Source: Macrostomum lignano | Taxonomy: Eukaryota | NCBI GenBank assembly: GCA_002269645.1 | Contig: NIVC01000137.1 | Span: 558,001-622,000 of the forward strand | Reading direction: 5' to 3' | DNA: 64,000 bases | Shown here: positions 24,916 to 35,863 of the stretch, piece after piece | Layout of the letters: each line of letters begins with the position of its first letter | How positions within the stretch are numbered: position 1 is the stretch's first letter | Notes under the pieces: model-generated | What the model was told of the DNA's origin: nothing | Databases searched by the model: none | What the model saw: the letters and a program-made list of their open reading frames with translations, nothing else | Program-made: the position numbers and the translations under genes

Positions 24916-25612
24916 GACATATCTCCACAGACCATAGATATATCTCCACAGACCATAGACATATCTCCACAGACCATAGATATATCTCCACAGACCATAG
25001 ACATATCTCCACAGACCATAGACATATCTCCACAGACCATAGACATATCTCCACAGACCATAGACATATCTCCATAGACCATAGACATATCTCCACAGAC
25101 CATAGATATATCTCCACAGACCATTGACATATCTCCACAGACCATAGAAATATCTCTACAGACCATAGAAATATCTCCACAGACCATAGAAATATCTCCA
25201 CAGACCATAGACATATCTCCACAGACCATAGAAATATCTCCACAGACCATAGACATATCTCCACAGACCATAGACATATCTCCACAGACCATAGACATAT
25301 CTCCATAGACCATAGACATATCTCCACAGACCATAGACATATCTCCACAGACCATAGACATATCTCCATAGACCATAGACATATCTCCACAGACCATAGA
25401 CATATCTCCACAGACCATAGACATATCTCCACAGACCATAGACATATCTCCACAGACCATAGACATATCTCCATAGACCATAGACATATCTCCACAGACC
25501 ATAGACATATCTCCACAGACCATAAAAATATCTCCACAGACCATAGACATATCCCCACAGATCATTAGACATATCTCCACAGACCATTAGACATATCTCC
25601 ACAGACCATAGA
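24916..25612. repeat. 21-bp minisatellite (CATAGACATATCTCCACAGAC)
   Basis: Direct reading. Confidence 0.97.
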
Positions 25613-26127
25613 CATTTACACAAACTATGGACATTTCTAGACAGCACCACAAGCCATAGAAATAGGATAATAAACTATACAGATAGCACCACAGAGACAG
25701 TTTAATCTCTATCCAAGAGACTACCCAGAGACACTCGCACAGTGTACTCAGAAAGAGCTCCGACACACTCCCTCTGGTGAAGAAAAAGAAAAGCAAACAG
25801 ATACTCTGGAGGGCCAGAAAAATGGATGGACAAGGAAGAAAATACCCCACTCTTTGAAGCTAATCTACCCATTAGGACTAAGGGATTAAGTAAACCTTTC
25901 AGTAAAGGGTTGAGGCGCTTTCAGTTCAAAGTGAGGAACCGGATTAAAGTTAGCTTCTCGATTGGACAAATTCCAAATGCAATTCGACACCTTAATGATG
26001 CTAGTATACTCGTAAAAGAGCTTTTTACAAAATCCTGATTTCCTTATTCTGAATTTGATTCCTTGGGACCTCCTAAATGCTCATTTTGTCATGGACTAAT
26101 TGCATCGATAACTAAATATGCTATTCT

Positions 26128-26928
26128 TTATTACACCTGCTCCCAATGCTCAGATGTGTAACCGACAGCTCAGCCGCAGCTATTGTGCGGCTGGGTCGCC
26201 ACACACACCCTCAATGGGGGGGGGCATCATAAACCCGAAAAATCATAACTCCGAAAGTTCTAGCAATGTCCAACACTATTTTGGTTTTCGGAGTTATGAT
26301 ATTTCAGGTTTATGATATTTCGGGTTTGTGATTTTTCGGGTTTATGATATTTCGGGTTTTTGATTTTTCGGGTTTCTGATATTTCGGGTTTGTGATTTTT
26401 CGGGTTTCTGATATTTCGGGTTTGTGATTTTTCGGGTTTCTGATATTTCGGGTTTGTGATTTTTCGGGTTTCTTATATTTCGGGTTTGTGATTTTTCGGG
26501 TTTATGATATTTCGGGTTTGTGATTTTTCGGGTTTATGATATTTCGGGTTTGTGATTTTTCGGGTTTATGATATTTCGGGTTTATGATGGTTCGGGTTTG
26601 TGATATTTCGGGTTAGTGATTTTTCGGGTTTATGATATTTCGGGTTAGTGATTTTTCGGGTTTATGATATTTCGGGTTAGTGATTTTTCGGGTTTATGAT
26701 ATTTCGGGTTTGTGATGGGAAGTGCTTTCGGAGTTGTGATTTTTCGGGTTTATAATGGCGACCCCCCACAATTACCCCAGCAATTACCCATTTCACAGCT
26801 GGGTGAACTGAAGCAATTCAGAGTTAATTGTCTTGCTCAAGGACACAAATTGTTCTAAGTGGATCGAGATTCGAACCCCCGACCTTTCAGTCGTGAGTCA
26901 GACGATCTGACCACTAGGCTAAAACCCC
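26128..26928 (-). mobile_element. CORE-type SINE copy, minus strand, split by a MITE and with an internal ~45-bp deletion
   Basis: 26128-26214 and 26769-26928 are reverse-complement matches to 43427-43740 and join seamlessly when 26215-26768 plus one CAA is removed. Confidence 0.88.
26215..26768. mobile_element. 554-bp TIR MITE with 3-bp TSD (CAA), filled with a 17-18 bp repeat of its own TIR motif
   Basis: Left TGGGGGGGGGCATCATAAACCCGAAAAATCATAACTCCGAAAG versus right-end reverse complement TGGGGGGTCGCCATTATAAACCCGAAAAATCACAACTCCGAAAG. CAA at 26212-26214 and 26769-26771. Confidence 0.88.
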
Positions 26929-27448
26929 ATTCATTCATATGTACTCGTAATTAGAAAGTATTAAAAGATTCTTAGGCTAGTTTTAACAAAAGTAGACCAT
27001 TTCAAACTAAGATGCACCAACAGCAGCTAATGGTTTTTAATTCATCTTAGGAGCCGAAATTAAAACCAAAGTAAATAAAATTTATCGCATCGAAACTGTG
27101 CAGCTTTCGATCATGCGACTTCAAGCAAATAATCTCTGCGAGCTTTAAGGTAAGAGAAAATCATCTTTATTTAGCTGCAGTGCGGACACAGCCATTAAAG
27201 AGGGCGCCACAAAAACACTGTTGAGAGCTTTGCGGGAGATCCGGCAAGCGCGAAGAGCGGATACTTTCTTGTGAGCCCGCGAACAAAATTTTAGGAACTT
27301 GAAACCGCTGTGACTCATCCAGTGCATCACTCAGTTTGTGCAGAGGGACGCTGCTGTAATTCATTTTTTTCAGCCAGAAAAACTTGGCTGCTGAATCTGT
27401 TTATAACAATATAAGAACCGTTCTTGAATTGGTGCAGTGTGCACACGG

Positions 27449-27699
<251 letters not shown>

Positions 27700-28572
27700 A
27701 CAATGTCACAAGGACAGGCAGACACTGGGAAAGATGGATACTGAGACAGACGCAGGGACACAGAAGTAGGCGAGGCAGACTAACGGACAGAATGATAGAC
27801 AGGCACAAATACAGTCGTTCAGAGCCGCAACAAGCGTCTAAAGAAGTACCAATAGCCTGTGAGTGAGCGAATCAGTACAAAAAGAACTTTGATAATAGAC
27901 GAATGGTCCAGTAGAGCTGGATATCCCTTCTGGCCAACGTCCCTCGACTTTCGTCCTAAAATGATTTGGAATTTCCGCGCGTAAAAATCGAGAAAATACA
28001 GGCCAGCTAGCGCATTCATTCAGTTCAGGTGCGTTGCTGATGAAGAATGAAAATAAACTTGCAGAAAATATATGGCTTACACGGGGAACACCCGCTGTCA
28101 ATATGGTCCCTATCTAATCATACGCTTCTCGTGATTTCTACGTTATCTACGAAGTTGATTTTTTTTTCAAATCAATCGACCAAACCGGATGGAGATTAAG
28201 TCTTCCGATAGCAGAACGGGTGCCTGCAGCCTGCAGTTTAAAGTCTTTGTTCGAATTTAGTGACGTAACAACGGGCTAGGGGGTCCGGCTGCTCCCCGAC
28301 ATTCAATGTGAAATCCACGTGTTCGAGTTGGCCTAATCGTAAATCAGTGTCTGCATGTGTGCATAAAATTCTTCACGAGAACTGTAATTGACATGTACAA
28401 TGATATCGATTTGGGGCTGAGGTCGTTTTGCAGTAGCTATGGGCATTTATGAAATATGGCCATGATTATTGGCTGTGATATCTTGATAAACTATACTCTT
28501 TGGCAAGACGGATTGTAGGTATTCACTCTGGATGGGAGCTCGTGCACAATTATCTAGTTTTCTTTAGTAATT

Positions 28573-31500
28573 TGTCTTTCCCAGTGTCTGCCTGTCCTTG
28601 TGTCTGTCTCAGTATCTGTCTTTCCCAGTGTCTGCCTGTCCTTGTGTCTGTCTCAGTATCTGTCTTCCCAGTGTCTGCCTGTCCTTGTGTCTGTCTCAGT
28701 ATCTGTCTTTCCCAGTGTCTGCCTGTCCTTGTGTCTGTCTCAGTATCTGTCTTCCCAGTGTCTGCCTGTCCTTGTGTCTGTCTCAGTATCTGTCTTTCCC
28801 AGTGTCTGCCTGTCCTTGTGTCTGTCTCAGTATCTGTCTTTCCCAGTGTCTGCCTGTCCTTGTGTCTGTCTCAGTATCTGTCTTTCCCAGTGTCTGCCTG
28901 TCCTTGTGTCTGTCTCAGTATCTGTCTTTCCCAGTGTCTGCCTGTCCTTGTGTCTGTCTCAGTATCTGTCTTTCCCAGTGTCTGCCTGTCCTTGTGTCTG
29001 TCTCAGTATCTGTCTTTCCCAGTGTCTGCCTGTCCTTGTGTCTGTCTCAGTATCTGTCTTTCCCAGTGTCTGCCTGTCCTTGTGTCTGTCTCAGTATCTG
29101 TCTTTCCAGTGTCTGCCTGTCCTTGTGTCTGTCTCAGTATCTGTCTTTCCAGTGTCTGCCTGTCCTTGTGTCTGTCTCAGTATCTGTCTTTCCAGTGTCT
29201 GCCTGTCCTTGTGTCTGTCTCAGTATCTGTCTTTCCCAGTGTCTGCCTGTCCTTGTGTCTGTCTCAGTATCTGTCTTTCCCAGTGTCTGCCTGTCCTTGT
29301 GTCTGTCTCAGTATCTGTCTTTCCCAGTGTCTGCCTGTCCTTGTGTCTGTCTCAGTATCTGTCTTTCCCAGTGTCTGCCTGTCCTTGTGTCTGTCTCAGT
29401 ATCTGTCTTTCCCAGTGTCTGCCTGTCCTTGTGTCTGTCTCAGTATCTGTCTTTCCCAGTGTCTGCCTGTCCTTGTGTCTGTCTCAGTATCTGTCTTTCC
29501 CAGTGTCTGCCTGTCCTTGTGTCTGTCTCAGTATCTGTCTTTCCCAGTGTCTGCCTGTCCTTGTGTCTGTCTCAGTATCTGTCTTTCCCAGTGTCTGCCT
29601 GTCCTTGTGTCTGTCTCAGTATCTGTCTTCCCAGTGTCTGCCTGTCCTTGTGTCTGTCTCAGTATCTGTCTTTCCCAGTGTCTGCCTGTCCTTGTGTCTG
29701 TCTCAGTATCTGTCTTTCCCAGTGTCTGCCTGTCCTTGTGTCTGTCTCAGTATCTGTCTTTCCCAGTGTCTGCCTGTCCTTGTGTCTGTCTCAGTATCTG
29801 TCTTTCCAGTGTCTGCCTGTCCTTGTGTCTGTCTCAGTATCTGTCTTTCCCAGTGTCTGCCTGTCCTTGTGTCTGTCTCAGTATCTGTCTTTCCCAGTGT
29901 CTGCCTGTCCTTGTGTCTGTCTCAGTATCTGTCTTTCCCAGTGTCTGCCTGTCCTTGTGTCTGTCTCAGTATCTGTCTTTCCCAGTGTCTGCCTGTCCTT
30001 GTGTCTGTCTCAGTATCTGTCTTTCCCAGTGTCTGCCTGTCCTTGTGTCTGTCTCAGTATCTGTCTTTCCCAGTGTCTGCCTGTCCTTGTGTCTGTCTCA
30101 GTATCTGTCTTTCCCAGTGTCTGCCTGTCCTTGTGTCTGTCTCAGTATCTGTCTTTCCCAGTGTCTGCCTGTCCTTGTGTCTGTCTCAGTATCTGTCTTT
30201 CCCAGTGTCTGCCTGTCCTTGTGTCTGTCTCAGTATCTGTCTTTCCCAGTGTCTGCCTGTCCTTGTGTCTGTCTCAGTATCTGTCTTTCCCAGTGTCTGC
30301 CTGTCCTTGTGTCTGTCTCAGTATCTGTCTTTCCCAGTGTCTGCCTGTCCTTGTGTCTGTCTCAGTATCTGTCTTTCCCAGTGTCTGCCTGTCCTTGTGT
30401 CTGTCTCAGTATCTGTCTTCCCAGTGTCTGCCTGTCCTTGTGTCTGTCTCAGTATCTGTCTTTCCCAGTGTCTGCCTGTCCTTGTGTCTGTCTCAGTATC
30501 TGTCTTTCCCAGTGTCTGCCTGTCCTTGTGTCTGTCTCAGTATCTGTCTTTCCCAGTGTCTGCCTGTCCTTGTGTCTGTCTCAGTATCTGTCTTTCCCAG
30601 TGTCTGCCTGTCCTTGTGTCTGTCTCAGTATCTGTCTTTCCCAGTGTCTGCCTGTCCTTGTGTCTGTCTCAGTATCTGTCTTTCCCAGTGTCTGCCTGTC
30701 CTTGTGTCTGTCTCAGTATCTGTCTTTCCCAGTGTCTGCCTGTCCTTGTGTCTGTCTCAGTATCTGTCTTTCCAGTGTCTGCCTGTCCTTGTGTCTGTCT
30801 CAGTATCTGTCTTTCCAGTGTCTGCCTGTCCTTGTGTCTGTCTCAGTATCTGTCTTTCCAGTGTCTGCCTGTCCTTGTGTCTGTCTCAGTATCTGTCTTT
30901 CCCAGTGTCTGCCTGTCCTTGTGTCTGTCTCAGTATCTGTCTTTCCCAGTGTCTGCCTGTCCTTGTGTCTGTCTCAGTATCTGTCTTTCCCAGTGTCTGC
31001 CTGTCCTTGTGTCTGTCTCAGTATCTGTCTTTCCCAGTGTCTGCCTGTCCTTGTGTCTGTCTCAGTATCTGTCTTTCCCAGTGTCTGCCTGTCCTTGTGT
31101 CTGTCTCAGTATCTGTCTTTCCCAGTGTCTGCCTGTCCTTGTGTCTGTCTCAGTATCTGTCTTTCCCAGTGTCTGCCTGTCCTTGTGTCTGTCTCAGTAT
31201 CTGTCTTTCCCAGTGTCTGCCTGTCCTTGTGTCTGTCTCAGTATCTGTCTTTCCCAGTGTCTGCCTGTCCTTGTGTCTGTCTCAGTATCTGTCTTCCCAG
31301 TGTCTGCCTGTCCTTGTGTCTGTCTCAGTATCTGTCTTTCCCAGTGTCTGCCTGTCCTTGTGTCTGTCTCAGTATCTGTCTTTCCCAGTGTCTGCCTGTC
31401 CTTGTGTCTGTCTCAGTATCTGTCTTTCCCAGTGTCTGCCTGTCCTTGTGTCTGTCTCAGTATCTGTCTTTCCAGTGTCTGCCTGTCCTTGTGTCTGTCT

Positions 31501-33799
31501 CAGTATCTGTCTTTCCCAGTGTCTGCCTGTCCTTGTGTCTGTCTCAGTATCTGTCTTTCCCAGTGTCTGCCTGTCCTTGTGTCTGTCTCAGTATCTGTCT
31601 TTCCCAGTGTCTGCCTGTCCTTGTGTCTGTCTCAGTATCTGTCTTTCCAGTGTCTGCCTGTCCTTGTGTCTGTCTCAGTATCTGTCTTTCCAGTGTCTGC
31701 CTGTCCTTGTGTCTGTCTCAGTATCTGTCTTTCCAGTGTCTGCCTGTCCTTGTGTCTGTCTCAGTATCTGTCTTTCCCAGTGTCTGCCTGTCCTTGTGTC
31801 TGTCTCAGTATCTGTCTTTCCCAGTGTCTGCCTGTCCTTGTGTCTGTCTCAGTATCTGTCTTTCCCAGTGTCTGCCTGTCCTTGTGTCTGTCTCAGTATC
31901 TGTCTTTCCCAGTGTCTGCCTGTCCTTGTGTCTGTCTCAGTATCTGTCTTTCCCAGTGTCTGCCTGTCCTTGTGTCTGTCTCAGTATCTGTCTTTCCCAG
32001 TGTCTGCCTGTCCTTGTGTCTGTCTCAGTATCTGTCTTTCCCAGTGTCTGCCTGTCCTTGTGTCTGTCTCAGTATCTGTCTTTCCCAGTGTCTGCCTGTC
32101 CTTGTGTCTGTCTCAGTATCTGTCTTTCCCAGTGTCTGCCTGTCCTTGTGTCTGTCTCAGTATCTGTCTTCCCAGTGTCTGCCTGTCCTTGTGTCTGTCT
32201 CAGTATCTGTCTTTCCCAGTGTCTGCCTGTCCTTGTGTCTGTCTCAGTATCTGTCTTTCCCAGTGTCTGCCTGTCCTTGTGTCTGTCTCAGTATCTGTCT
32301 TTCCCAGTGTCTGCCTGTCCTTGTGTCTGTCTCAGTATCTGTCTTTCCCAGTGTCTGCCTGTCCTTGTGTCTGTCTCAGTATCTGTCTTTCCCAGTGTCT
32401 GCCTGTCCTTGTGTCTGTCTCAGTATCTGTCTTTCCCAGTGTCTGCCTGTCCTTGTGTCTGTCTCAGTATCTGTCTTTCCCAGTGTCTGCCTGTCCTTGT
32501 GTCTGTCTCAGTATCTGTCTTTCCCAGTGTCTGCCTGTCCTTGTGTCTGTCTCAGTATCTGTCTTTCCCAGTGTCTGCCTGTCCTTGTGTCTGTCTCAGT
32601 ATCTGTCTTTCCCAGTGTCTGCCTGTCCTTGTGTCTGTCTCAGTATCTGTCTTTCCCAGTGTCTGCCTGTCCTTGTGTCTGTGTCAGTATCTGTCTTTCC
32701 CAGTGTCTGCCTGTCCTTGTGTCTGTCTCAGTATCTGTCTTTCCCAGTGTCTGCCTGTCCTTGTGTCTGTCTCAGTATCTGTCTTCCCAGTGTCTGCCTG
32801 TCCTTGTGTCTGTCTCAGTATCTGTCTTTCCCAGTGTCTGCCTGTCCTTGTGTCTGTCTCAGTATCTGTCTTTCCCAGTGTCTGCCTGTCCTTGTGTCTG
32901 TCTCAGTATCTGTCTTTCCCAGTGTCTGCCTGTCCTTGTGTCTGTCTCAGTATCTGTCTTTCCCAGTGTCTGCCTGTCCTTGTGTCTGTCTCAGTATCTG
33001 TCTTTCCCAGTGTCTGCCTGTCCTTGTGTCTGTCTCAGTATCTGTCTTCCCAGTGTCTGCCTGTCCTTGTGTCTGTCTCAGTATCTGTCTTTCCCAGTGT
33101 CTGCCTGTCCTTGTGTCTGTCTCAGTATCTGTCTTTCCCAGTGTCTGCCTGTCCTTGTGTCTGTCTCAGTATCTGTCTTCCCAGTGTCTGCCTGTCCTTG
33201 TGTCTGTCTCAGTATCTGTCTTTCCCAGTGTCTGCCTGTCCTTGTGTCTGTCTCAGTATCTGTCTTTCCCAGTGTCTGCCTGTCCTTGTGTCTGTCTCAG
33301 TATCTGTCTTTCCCAGTGTCTGCCTGTCCTTGTGTCTGTCTCAGTATCTGTCTTTCCCAGTGTCTGCCTGTCCTTGTGTCTGTCTCAGTATCTGTCTTCC
33401 CAGTGTCTGCCTGTCCTTGTGTCTGTCTCAGTATCTGTCTTCCCAGTGTCTGCCTGTCCTTGTGTCTGTCTCAGTATCTGTCTTTCCCAGTGTCTGCCTG
33501 TCCTAGTGTCTGTCTCAGTATCTGTCTTTCCCAGTGTCTGCCTGTCCTTGTGTCTGTCTCAGTATCTGTCTTCCCCAGTGTCTGCCTGTCCTTGTGTCTG
33601 TCTCAGTATCTGTCTTTCCCAGTGTCTGCCTGTCCTTGTGTCTGTCTCAGTATCTGTCTTTCCCAGTGTCTGCCTGTCCTTGTGTCTGTCTCAGTATCTG
33701 TCTTTCCCAGTGTCTGCCTGTCCTTGTGTCTGTCTCAGTATCTGTCTTTCCCAGTGTCTGCCTGTCCTTGTGTCTGTCTCATTATCTGTCTTTCCCAGT
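28573..33799. repeat. 44-bp satellite array, ~5.2 kb (CCCAGTGTCTGCCTGTCCTTGTGTCTGTCTCAGTATCTGTCTTT)
   Basis: Highly homogeneous; variants are mostly single-base losses in the TTT/CCC runs. Source of the 1668-1749 aa pseudo-ORFs. Confidence 0.99.
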
Positions 33800-34044
33800 G
33801 TACGCGAAGGCGTATTCAGCATGCCAGTGAAGTATGAGACAGACTAGGCCCATGGGCTAAGGTCTGCGATGCTTCACGCCTGCCCCTATCTTCAGCAGGT
33901 CAAGGCTGGTGGGAGGTCTGCACCCTCTATTTGCCTCTGGCAGCCGCAGACCCCCCCCCCCACGCTGTCTCGCAAGTCGACCCAGGGTACTCGTCCCCGC
34001 GTGTGTTCAAGGCAGTCCCTAGGGCTGCTGGACAGACTGGGCTC
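33800..34044 (+). ncRNA. Predicted HDV-like self-cleaving ribozyme at the retrotransposon 5' end
   Basis: Hand-folded. P1 GTACGCG(33800-06)/CGCGTGT(33998-34004) with G1-U wobble; P2 GACCCA(33979-84)/TGGG-c-TC(34038-44); P3 GGG(33985-87)/CCC(33995-97); L3 TACTCGT; P1.1 C33990-G34005 and A33989-T34006; P4 hairpin GCAGTCC-cta-GGGCTGC; J4/2 CAGAC(34033-37). Confidence 0.75.
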
Positions 34045-34319
34045 CGGCGCTGGCGACCCTATCCAGTGGCTTCGGCCGAATTTGGGTATGCGGGTCTGGC
34101 TCGCCAACCTGCAGGCCGTGGTACTGCTCAACGTACTCTCTAATGCCTAAGGTGTTGACCGTGCCGATGGGCTGGAAGGCCGGGGAGTAGTCCGGTCGCA
34201 AGCGGTCCCCCTCCTGGTGTCGGGCCAGCCTTGAGGGTGCTATTGGCCTACTGCCCGGTCAGGTGGAGCGGCCGGGTGGGTACCGCGCCCCTTTGAGGGT
34301 AGCCCACCAACCTTTTATC

Positions 34320-35824
34320 ATGGCCTTCGAGCCGACTATGGATAAACAAGCTATTTCTAGGGACGGGGACCCTTCTAAACCCCAACCTCAGTCCGAAGGA
34401 CCGGCCGGCCCTGCTGGCAGATCCCAACCGACTGATTCAACTGTGGCAAAGGAAGGACCGGCTGGCTCTGCTGGCAGATCCGACCAGAGCTACCAAACTC
34501 AAAATACCCTAAGACCTGCCAGCTCCGCTGGTGGATCTAAGGGAACCGCGAGCTCTGAGCCTAAAGGACCGGCCAAATCTGGCAGATCCGATGAAGCTCA
34601 GCGGGCTCGGCTTGAGCGCAAACGCGCTAAACAACGCGCCAAAAGGCAGGCCAAGAAGGGAGCTGCGGGGGCCAAAGCGGCGGCGTCCACCATGGATGCT
34701 GAAGCGACTGGAGTCCCAAGGCAACCAGGCGGGCCGGCCGGTGGAAGCTCCAGTAGTTCAGCGGCGGCGCTCCCTGGAGCTGCTGCCGCGGCTGCTGAGG
34801 CCGAAACCACGGCGCAACAAATGGCCACTGCCAACAAGGAGGTTCCTTCGGGAGCTACCTTTGCGGCGAAGGCCAAGGCCAAAATCCCGGGAGTGATCAT
34901 CCAAGGTCGCGACCAGGACTGGACCACTGATCAGCTTCAAAAAGTGTGGAGTGCTGTTGACTCCTATCTGATTGAGCTGACTGTCGAGGAGGGAATCTCC
35001 ATCGGCGTTGAGCGGATGGTGCTGCGAAGCACATTCGTTCTTATTGCTCCTAGCAGCGAGGAGGACGCTCGGCGGCTGCTCCAGCGGCTACCGACGGTCT
35101 CCTTGGATGCTGACCTTGGTGGAGCTCTTTTTCTTCGCGAGGGCCAGCGTCCAAAGACGATACCCTATGTGGTTTTCGTCCCTGCTAAGAGCACCGCAGC
35201 TGGACCAGACGTTATTCGCCGGGTCCTACTGCGTCTGAACCCCGACCTCCCTGCTAGTGGACTGGTGTATCACCGCAAAGTCCGCAGGGGGGAGACGGGC
35301 AACTCAATTGTCCTCGGCCTTTCCAGCACTTGGGCGAGTCGGTACCCTAATGGATCCTCTTTCCAGCTGGGTGCCCTCAAGCTCAAGTTGCGCCGAGGAA
35401 AGTCTGCCAAAGGGAAGGCTACTGCCAACCCCGGCATCTCCGGCAAGAGCGGGGCGCAGTCTAAGGCCCAAGGAAAGGCGCAAGCCGATCCCAAAGCCAA
35501 AGCTGCATCTCGCCCCTCTGCTAGCAGCAGTTCGGCGACCGCGGTAACGGCTCCGGCCGAGCCCCGGGAACCAAACCTGCCAGTCGGAGAAGGAGTTGAG
35601 GACGAGGCCGGGTCTTCGGAATCCGAGCTCTCCTCGGCCACCTTGGTGGGGTCTGAAGGTAAAGATGCAGGTGAGGAAGCTTCCTCCATCCTGTCATCGG
35701 AGCCTGAGGACTCTGCTGGGGGGCCGGTGGGGGTGAGGAGGCCATGGACGTCGACCAACTCCCATCTCCCAGTCAAGCCCCAGCGGCCTGGGACGAGGAC
35801 GATCTGTTGTCCAAGTCTCCTTGA
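34320..35824 (+). CDS. Retrotransposon ORF1 (gag-like, no zinc knuckle; central region recalls DUF4780 of LOA-type ORF1s)
   Basis: ATG 34320; basic low-complexity N-terminus; globular core WTTDQLQKVW...RRVLLRLNPDL. The true end is probably ...DEDDLLSKSP* (TGA 35822-35824) after a -1 shift in a G-run near 35720-35733. The domain name is from recall, not a search. Confidence 0.75.
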
Positions 35825-35863
35825 TGGCCCTGGGCTCTAGCCAGATATTGCATTTAATACAGT

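Noticed and set aside
28034-28062. Hammerhead-like CTGATGA...GAAA (also partial hits near 13277, 41646 and 43037)
   Set aside because: Stem II/III or the NUH cleavage triplet cannot be completed.
28500-33847. 1668-1749 aa ORFs in all three plus frames
   Set aside because: Translations of a stop-free 44-bp satellite; no protein features.
33869-33881. TTCACGC as a CPEB3-like L3
   Set aside because: No flanking P3 pairs; it lies in a J1/2 hairpin stem.
34026-34068. Alternative HDV P1 (GCTGGA/TCCAGT)
   Set aside because: The enclosed 27 nt cannot form P2-P3-L3; the P1 at 33800 fits all elements.
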